Shown: piece by piece, positions 50,072 to 59,000 of the stretch
Numbering within the stretch: position 1 is the first letter of the stretch
How the letters are laid out: every line of letters begins with the position of its first letter
NCBI GenBank assembly: GCA_028534125.1
Contig: CM052830.1
Span: 16,926,001-16,990,000 of the forward strand
DNA from: Lama glama
Lineage: Eukaryota
Direction: 5' to 3'
Length of the DNA: 64,000 nucleotides
The notes under the pieces: generated by a model
What the model was told of the DNA's origin: nothing
Seen by the model: the letters and a program-made list of their open reading frames with translations, nothing else
Databases searched by the model: none
Translations under genes and position numbers: made by a program

Positions 50072-53000
50072 CACCAGTCTCTTCTGCTACCTCTAAGACT
50101 TCAGTAAAGTTTTATTCAGTGTTTTAGCCTGGCTTCGTTGTGCACGGACACATTCAGTGAAGAGCCTGTGTCCGGCTGGGAGCAAAGTTACTGAGAGTAA
50201 GAAACGCCTAAGGAAAGCTATTTTCCTGGCATGGAGAAGTGCTCTTCTAAACAACAGGGGTCTAGAGCCAGACGGCTGGCAGAGCAAACACCAGGAGGGA
50301 TTTGTAGAGCATGTAAGCATTCCTCGAGGATTTCCAGAAAATACTTGGGGAGGGAGAGCTGGTAAAAGACTGAACTTCCTGTAGCCAAGTAAGCTGGAAG
50401 AATAAAAGTATGGCTATTTCAGAATTAGAGCTGGAACGTTCAGGGTTGCAAGAGAAAATTAAAATTAAATCTGGGAAGTATGTGCTTTGGGAGAGTCAGC
50501 GCTTTTTGACTCTGCTGGACCCAAGAAGAGCCTACAATGTGTAACTTAATCTTGGTAAAGCTGTCCCAGTAATACTGGAGCCATGTGAGGGGAGAGCCTT
50601 GGCCAGACAATGAGAGCGGTTCCTCAGCCTCTGCTCACTGCGGAACAGAGCATCCTCCCCTGGAAAAGTGGTCCCTTGTATGATGCAAGGCAGAGGGCAG
50701 AGGTCGTGCCTCAGATGGCGCAGTGGCGTGGAAGCCCAGTCACATGATCTGAGACGTGCAGTTAGAAAATCTGGGAGAAGGTGGTGGGCAAATGTCAGTT
50801 GCTATTTTTATTGGCTGAAAGAGGATAAAATGGGCAGGGATGGTCTGTCTCCAATGACTCTTAATTTTAAGCCAAACATTTAAGTGGCCCCAAATTATGT
50901 TCTGGAAGAAGACCAGGCATAAGGAGATAAACTCCATTTTCTTGCCCAGGTCTCTATCTTTCCTGTTGTTCCTTGAGCCCAGCAGCCCACCAGCTGAGAG
51001 CCACTGAACTGTGAGAGCTGCCTGTTCACCCCACACTTTTTTGCTGGAGCCAGCTGAGAAAGTCAAGGTCCCCCTTTGGACAGAGGTCACTCCAAGGAAT
51101 GACCCTGAGCAAACACTGTCCGTTCTGTGCCTGCTTCCGTTTCTTTAGCCAAGTGGAGAACAAGGCCGTGGGTCTTCTCCGCCTGGGCTGGGCACAGCCG
51201 GCACCCAAATCCCAGCTGGTTCCTGTGCATTCGAGGTCCCAGAGGAAATCGACTGATGAGTGAAGCTGAGTAGGTCTCAAACCATCCCCGCACTGGGCAC
51301 CCCCAGTCATGGCTGAAGAAGCAGGTTGGGGAGAAGGAAAAGGAACGTGGCAGCGGGATGCAGGAGAGAATTTGAGTCCTCGCTTTGGAACTCACTGGTG
51401 GGGCAGATAAGCAGCCTCCATCTCAGTCTCTAAAGTGAGGACAGGGCTGTCTGGCTTACCAACATCGTAGGAGGGCCACGAGAGTCACACCACTCAGACA
51501 GCAGGAAAGTTTGAAGACTCTACAGAGTCTTCTTCCAGATAAAGCGTTCTGAACCTTTATAATGATTTGGTTACCTGTATATCAATGGGGCGATTGCAGA
51601 TTTTTCCTGGGTAAGCCGCTCGGAGGTCTGAAATTTTCTCCCCACCTTTAGTGTAAGACACTTTGTCATGTTCAAACCATTCTGTCCACTCCACATCTGG
51701 GCGGAAAGCAAAGAGCAGGGTCAGTCAGGTGGGCTCCGGGGAGCCCGCCACACTCCATGCAGCTCCCACGCACCCGCTGTGCAACGGGGTTGAACACCAG
51801 CCATGCAGGCTCGCACCGGGGGCCTGTAAACAATCTGTCAACTCCCCCATTTCTCCCAGCTCTTAATTAAAAATGCCTCTTATTGTCTATCTTGTTTTAT
51901 AAAAGCAATAGATAATCTTCACGATTGCCCAAAGGAGAAAGATGAAATCCACCGGTTAACCCATCATCCGAGGATTTCGGTGAGGATTGCAGCTTGCCGC
52001 TGCCCCCACCCCCACCCCCACCATGCGTGTGCTCCTGGAAGGCCAGGTCCTGCTCCAGGGTTCCCTGTTCAGTGCCATCGCTTGGTGCAGAAAACGTATT
52101 CCAAGAGGTTAGATATCCCTCTGGGCTATTCACCACTGAGACTGGATTAATTAAAGACAGCTTTCAGCTGCAAACTGAATCGAAGCTGCAGCAGTCAAGG
52201 AGTTCTACTGATGCAGAAGAAAAATCCTCATTCTGCAAAGGTAATGAGTCCTGTAGTTTTGCACCACTGTTAAGGTTTACCGAGTTGTCCCAAACTCCTC
52301 ACCTTGAACCCACTCGCTGGATGAAGAGACATTGAAATGCTCGCCATGCTCTGTCTGGAAGAGCTTGAACACCCGGGCAGCAGCGGAGCCACGGTGTCCT
52401 GTCAAAGGAACCAGAGGCTTTAACAACCAAACAGACCCTCTAAATTCAGAGGGATGTGATTCTAAGACAGCGAAATCCCCTTACACATGTGGATCTTGAG
52501 CCATTTCTTAAAAATACAAAGTTTCAGGCCAGTCTTTCCACTTGGGGAGCAGATTATTGATCACTCCTTCTAACTGAAATGTTCCCCCAACTCTGAATTT
52601 TGGAACCCTATCACTTCTCTTGTGAACTCCTCCCCACGGTTAGAGCCGGCAGGACCTTCCGAAACCTTCTCTGGGCAGAGGAGGCTGGCGCCGTGTGGTA
52701 CAGCCCATCCAAAGCATCTTTTTAGCTCAAAATATTACCCCTGCTTGTTCCGTCCCAATTCTCATCTTTCCTAGGTCACTTGTTTTGGATTAAGCCAATG
52801 ACAATTTCTTTGAAAATGTAAATATTATCTCAGTAACTGGCCTTAAATCAGTATGGATTTTTGCCACGCATGTAACATGGGAGGTGGGTTCTAAAGGAGG
52901 AAGGTGGTTCAGAAAGACCTTGAGCCTCTTGGTCAGAGAGACACGGCAGGGGATCCGGCCTCTCGCCATGTATTACCGTGATATTCAATGTGGTCTTCAA

Positions 53001-56000
53001 CGGAAGACGAGGGATTCCCTTTCACGGTGATGAAACTCCAAGGGTGTCTGAAAAAAACAACAGAAAGTCAAGTTCTTCGCACGTCTGAGCCTGGAATGGA
53101 GGCAGAGTTGAAACAGGGAGCCACATGGATGCTGTCTGAGGGAAACTCGCTTACGGGCTGGGTTTCCCTTTTCCAGAAGAACAAGGGCCTTTCTCTGCAA
53201 GCCCTGGCCTTCTTGACCACCTGGCGGGCTTGATGTTTGTGGACTGCAGGGCTCTGCACCTCCGTTCTGGCAGTGGACAGGGGTTATGAATCACAAATAA
53301 ACAAACGAGCCCACAGACCTGCATACCACCTGCCAGGCTCAACTAGGTCCTGAAGCGAGTGCTCTGGCTCCTTTACGAAAACAAGGAAACATGCTCCGAG
53401 GGAGAAAGGTTATTCCTCTCCTGTGTGACTCCCTGAGAACTAAGCTCGAGGAAAATGCCAGAGGCGGGTGTGACTGAGGCCCCAGGAATCAGCACTGGGC
53501 CTTGGGGTGGAAAGAGGTACCTCTTCTTCTTAATGGAAGGCAAAGGAGGGGAAAAAAAGGTATATGGGTTTGGAAAGTTGTACAACTTCTCTTTTCTCCA
53601 CTGAAGATACATCTGCTCAACAATCACTTCCTGTATGAATGAGCAAGTGGTAGGTCCAAGTCTCAGATCTTCCACTGACTTTAGACGCCTCGAGTTTGTC
53701 ACTCAGAGTGGGTCTACACCAATGAGGGTGCACGTGTAACCCGCCCGTGCACTACGGCATGCATCCTTCCCGGGCCCTTGCTTATAAGGAGAGAATAGTT
53801 GCTAGCACTTCTTGAGTCCTTATTCTGTGCCAGACACAATATTTTGTTCATACTGTCACATTTACCCTCCCCAAAGTCCTTTGAGGTGGCTCCTGAAGTA
53901 CCCCATTTTACAGATGCAGGTACCATGCAAAGAGAGGGTAAGTCACTTGCCTGCAGTCACACCTCATAGGAAGTGCAGCCCAGACTCCAATTCGAGCCAA
54001 ATCAGATGCCAGATCTTGGACCTTCCTCCGCTGAGGCCCTACGTAGCCAGTCCCACTGTGGTTCTACCTCTCATTGCAAATTAACAAGCTGGCCTTTCGG
54101 CTTATAAAAAATGAAATGGCAGTGCCCTCAGTTTCTGTTAACAAAGGAGCTTTGCTGTTATCTTTGGCAGCCTGAGTTTCCTGCCCAAACTCATCCAGAA
54201 GGAGCAGCCCCTGACCTGTCAGGAAATGCACCCTGGAACCCGGAGCCCCACCCTGGCCCAGGGGATCCTGGCCCAGCCAGTAAAATTGCTCTGCTCAGAG
54301 CCCAGAAAAGGCTCTGGCCTGCCCTCATCTTGCCCACGATTCGAGGAGCTGATGGGAGGGGCATCCATATCTCCAATAGCCACGGGCCAGATGATCTCAA
54401 TTTTCCACTGGGCTCAGATCTGATACAACATGATCGAAAGGTGTGGCTACTGTGGGGTAAACTGTTTCCTCTTGGCGCCAATGTGTGTGTGCATGCCAAA
54501 GTCAGGCATGACTCTGCAATCCGAGGCAAACAAAACACACCCTAGAGCACATCGAATGGTCTCCTCCGCTAGGGAGCTGGGCAGGGCAGGGGCCCTTCAT
54601 GCGATCTCTAAACAAAGGTCTGCCAACCCTCAAGGCACATTATGATTCCGTGGCCAAAGGATGGGAAAATGAACACTAGTTATACATCTGAGGCATGGCT
54701 CTTACACACAGTAGGTGCTCAATTAATATTTTGCAAGTGGCAGACTGAATGAATGAGTTCAGATACACAGTGACTTTCGGAGTTTAAAGTGTGGAATATG
54801 CTTGTAAGAATAAACAGGCTCCCTTTAAGAACAAGCCCTAATACATCCCAGGCAGATGGATCATGGCCCTGCATCTCCCTGAGTCACTATTAAAGGGGAT
54901 GTGGCCTGGGGAAACGAGGAGGGAAGTTAGGTAACTTCTGCCTGGGGTGGTGTTGCTTCGTGTTCTGGAGCCTGGGGGAGGGGAAGTGATGGGTGGTACC
55001 TAAATCCAAGGTGTAGGAAGTGTTTGCTGCCCAGTTTGGTCATCGCCTTCCTGGCCATGTCATCCAGGTTTCGAGAGCCCTCATCATTCACGGCCACAGA
55101 CAGGATCCTGCCCTCGGGCACCGCATTCAAATACTGGACCAGACGTTCACTCTCTTTCTTGGATCTATAGGTGTCAAACCTAAAAAGGGCAGAGAGAGCA
55201 GATTTTAATAGTCCTAGCAGGACCCAAAAGAGAGAGCTTGAAGCACCTACCCGTGGTTTGACGACTAACACACCATCCGATCATCGCAAAGACTGATTTT
55301 TTTTTAAAGAAAGAAGCTTTTATTACAGCAAAACAAATCAATCATCTCAGACTTGACAAAGATAACCCACCCTTACATACATAAAATATCCATGAAATAT
55401 AGGTCTCAAAAAAATCTATACCACAGGTGACAAGAATTCACAAAGGAAAGACCCAACTGTGTAATGATCCTAACTCCAAGTATAAAGTGCACGTATTAGG
55501 TGTAAAGATTTTGTACAATCACAATGGAAACTCCAAAAGAATTTGTCTTGGAACTTAACGAGCAAAATCATTCTCAAACGAATCTAGACGAATAACCCAG
55601 CACGAATAGCCAAGATTTGGGAAAAAGAAAACCATGGTGGTGTGGGGAGGGGGGGGAGATGGACGGATGCTCGTGAGTCCCCAGACTTCCTTTTCATTGT
55701 TGACATAACCTGGTCCGGCCCCGCCTAGGCCCCCTCCTTCTCCACGGCCCCTCCCCAGGAATCGCCTGCTGCCAGCCTCGCATGTGTCAGGGCCCTGTGA
55801 CCACACCAGGTACCCCCTCCCAGGCATCTCTTGCCTAGACCGTGCAGAAGCCTCCTGACCACCTCTGCTAGCTTTACTTCTCCACTCTGTACACAGCAGC
55901 GAGAATATTCTTTTAAATCAGATCTTCTTAAAAGCCCTTCACCGGCTTTGCATCCCACTAAGAATAAAACCCACCCCCTCACCGCGGCCTTCAAGGCCCC

Positions 56001-59000
56001 AAACGTGCCCCTGTCCAAAACACCGACATGACTGTGTCTCGTTTCCTTGGCTCTGCATTCTCCACCTCTCTGCTGGCCCTTCTGTCCTTTGAGAACAGCA
56101 CGCCCTTTCTCACCTCTGGCCCTCTGCACTTGCTGCTCTCTGGCCTGCACACTCCTCGCCCCACGGTTCTCAGCTCAAACGTTGCTTGCTTTCACAGGCC
56201 TTCTCTGATCACCTGTTGCAGAACAATCTCCCCTAGCTACTCTCCATCATTTCACTATGACTTTTTTCCCTAATTACCGATGATCACAGCCTGAAACTAT
56301 GTTGTGTGTACAAGTGTGCATGTGTGCGCGCACGTGTCTGTTCCTGTTCAACTCAGCTGCATGAGGCGAACGCCCCGGCAATGAGAGACCTAACTCCCTG
56401 AGGTTGGGGATTTCTGTCTGTTTCACTCACTGCTGTGCTCCCAGCACCCTGAGTGGCATCTGGCTAGGACACACCCTCAGCAAATGCAGACTGAATGACT
56501 GTGTTTACATGAAGGCAAACCTTACCGGTCAGAATGGATGACTGTCCCTGATTTGGGGTCGATGACATGAACAATGACTCCACGGTGACCCCAGCTCCTT
56601 TCAAAAAAATAGCCTCCCTCCTCCATGCCACCCGGGTGAAGAGTCTTGTTCAGAAATGTCCAAGAGAGCTTCTTCTGTCCATGCAACTCCAGGGTACCTC
56701 CTCTGTCGACGCCAATGTACTTGAGGCCAAAGTAAGGGTCCGGCTGAACACCTTCGTCGGCCCTACAAGAGAAAACAGCTCTCCACAGTCGGTCGACACC
56801 TCTCTCTGTCGGATGCTGAACCCAGAGGGGGCTGCACTGCTCCCTGACTCCCATGTGGTCCCCGTGGAGCCAGGCACACTTGGTGACTGTGCAAGGTCGG
56901 TAGAAATAGCACAAGCAACCAAGATCTTCCCAAGCCAGAGCAAAACGAGCCCAACAGGCCAAGCAGAAATCCTATCAATAGTTAACATGTTGGCTTCAGT
57001 TCTTCAGTTCTTTGCAGTTCTAAGTATGTTATGTTTCGGTCCGTATCAGATGTGGAATCACCTGGGCATGCACTGCATACCCTGTGTGTTCCTGGCTGCC
57101 ACCTGGAATTCTCAGTTGCTTGAAGAGCGAGCACAGCCAGAGGCAAATGCTGCCTGGAATTTTTCTTTATCTTGTCCATCATAACCTATTAATAAACACT
57201 CAGAGAGACTCCCTGAGCCATGAGTAGACTGGAAGGCAGCTGAAAGGCTGGCAGGGATTTCTGTAACTTAAGTCCGGACCCGGGCCACAATAAATAAAAT
57301 GCCTCATGTATTTCTCCAGCTCGCCCAGCTCACCAGTGTCTGTCTTGTTCGTGATTACGATCTGGCAGTACATAATGAGGATGCCTGCCTTGCACTAAAG
57401 CCTTGTGGTCTTACCTCCCTCTCTTCTATGGAAATCCTCCTTCCCGTCAGATCCAAGAGGAGCGTTTGACCCATGGAAGCTCTCTACCCACCTTCCATAC
57501 AAAACGATGCTGAAGTTGCCCTGGAAAGGGCAGGGGGCACTCCCAGCATGCAGCTCTCCTCCACTGTCAATCAGGATGTGCCGTGTGCGTAGAACAATTG
57601 TCTCACCTTGGTCTTTAATGACTAGCTTTCCTGAAGAGGGAGGGATGGAGGGAGGTTTAGGAACACATGCTAATGATGAAGTTACAGCAGAGCCGAGGGC
57701 AGACCCCCTGAGCGCCCCATCTCATCCAAGCAGGCAAGAAGATACGTCTTTCAAATATCTCTGTGCTTGTTGTGCTTACAAGCAGTTACTTTTCTCTCCG
57801 CCTTGCGATGTGTAAATAGTGCCTGCTTGGCTTACTGCCATGGCTGCATGCACTGCATTCAGTGAGCAGGCACCTGAAGGTAAGATAGGCAGGAATGCTC
57901 GGAGACCAATCAGGGTTTTCCTCTATAAATGCTTCTTTCACTAAGACTGGACCTCTGGCAAGCCATTCCTAAGAGCTCAGAGCTGACGGCTATCTCAAAC
58001 TACCAGATGCTCTGATATGAACCCAAAGCACGTGACATTTGTTCTGTCCATCTAAAGTTATGGCACCCTGCTAGGCTCTGAACGTGGAGATCGGGGGTGG
58101 GGTTGGGGAATGCTGGCTTACCTCCCTCTGAGATGCGGATGGAGTGGATGGTGGCAGAAGAGGTGAGCAGCAGTGCTCTGCCCTGGCCAATGTACACATA
58201 GTGGTCCGGGTCATGTCCAGGGCTCCAGGGCTGCAGCTCAGGCCACTGATCAGGGCACTCAGGGGCCACTGCCAAGGACAGAGAGATGTCACTGCTACCA
58301 TCCACTGACCTCACCAAGCAAGGACTGCCACAGACCACAAGGTGGGGGCGAGGAGGGAGTCTGTCAATTTTCCTGGCCCCTGCCTCCTCCCTCCTAGAGC
58401 TAAAAGCAGGGCCTTGGAGAGCAAAGAGAATCCCTGACATAAGAGCCCTGGGATTTAGTCCCATGTCTTTTATTAGTTCGTCATGTATCTGTGAACAAGT
58501 CGCCTCCCTTTTCAAGGCTCAGTTTTTCCCTTTAGAAAATGCAGGGTAAACCAGATGACTCCCTCAAGATACTCCGCAATCTAAGGTTAGTCAATGACTT
58601 ATCCAGATTGCTTGTGTTCCGAGGCATCCTTTCCCCTGGAAAGCAACATTTGAAAAGTTGACAAAGCCTTTTCCCCTTCTGCATGAGAATTTGACTTTTA
58701 GTTAATTTTCTCACTCTGTTTCCCTGGAAACCTGAGAAAGATAGTGTTATATAAACCATGTTACCAAGCAACATAGTTTGTAACAAACGTGACCCCGGAT
58801 TAGTAAATGGCATCTAAACTGGGAAGAACCATACATAATTTATATTTATTCCTGGTGGAGATGTCATGCAGTGCGCTTCTCTGAGTGCCGGGACTCCCGT
58901 GACTGGGCATGTCCCATGCAGCAACTCTGAAAGTTGGAGTTGCTGGAAGAGATCCTGGTTCTGATGGGGCTGTTTCCATACCTGTCCAATGACAGTCTTG

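Noticed and set aside
56567-57184. 205-aa + strand ORF
   Set aside because: It overlaps exon 4 antisense and has no recognisable protein features.
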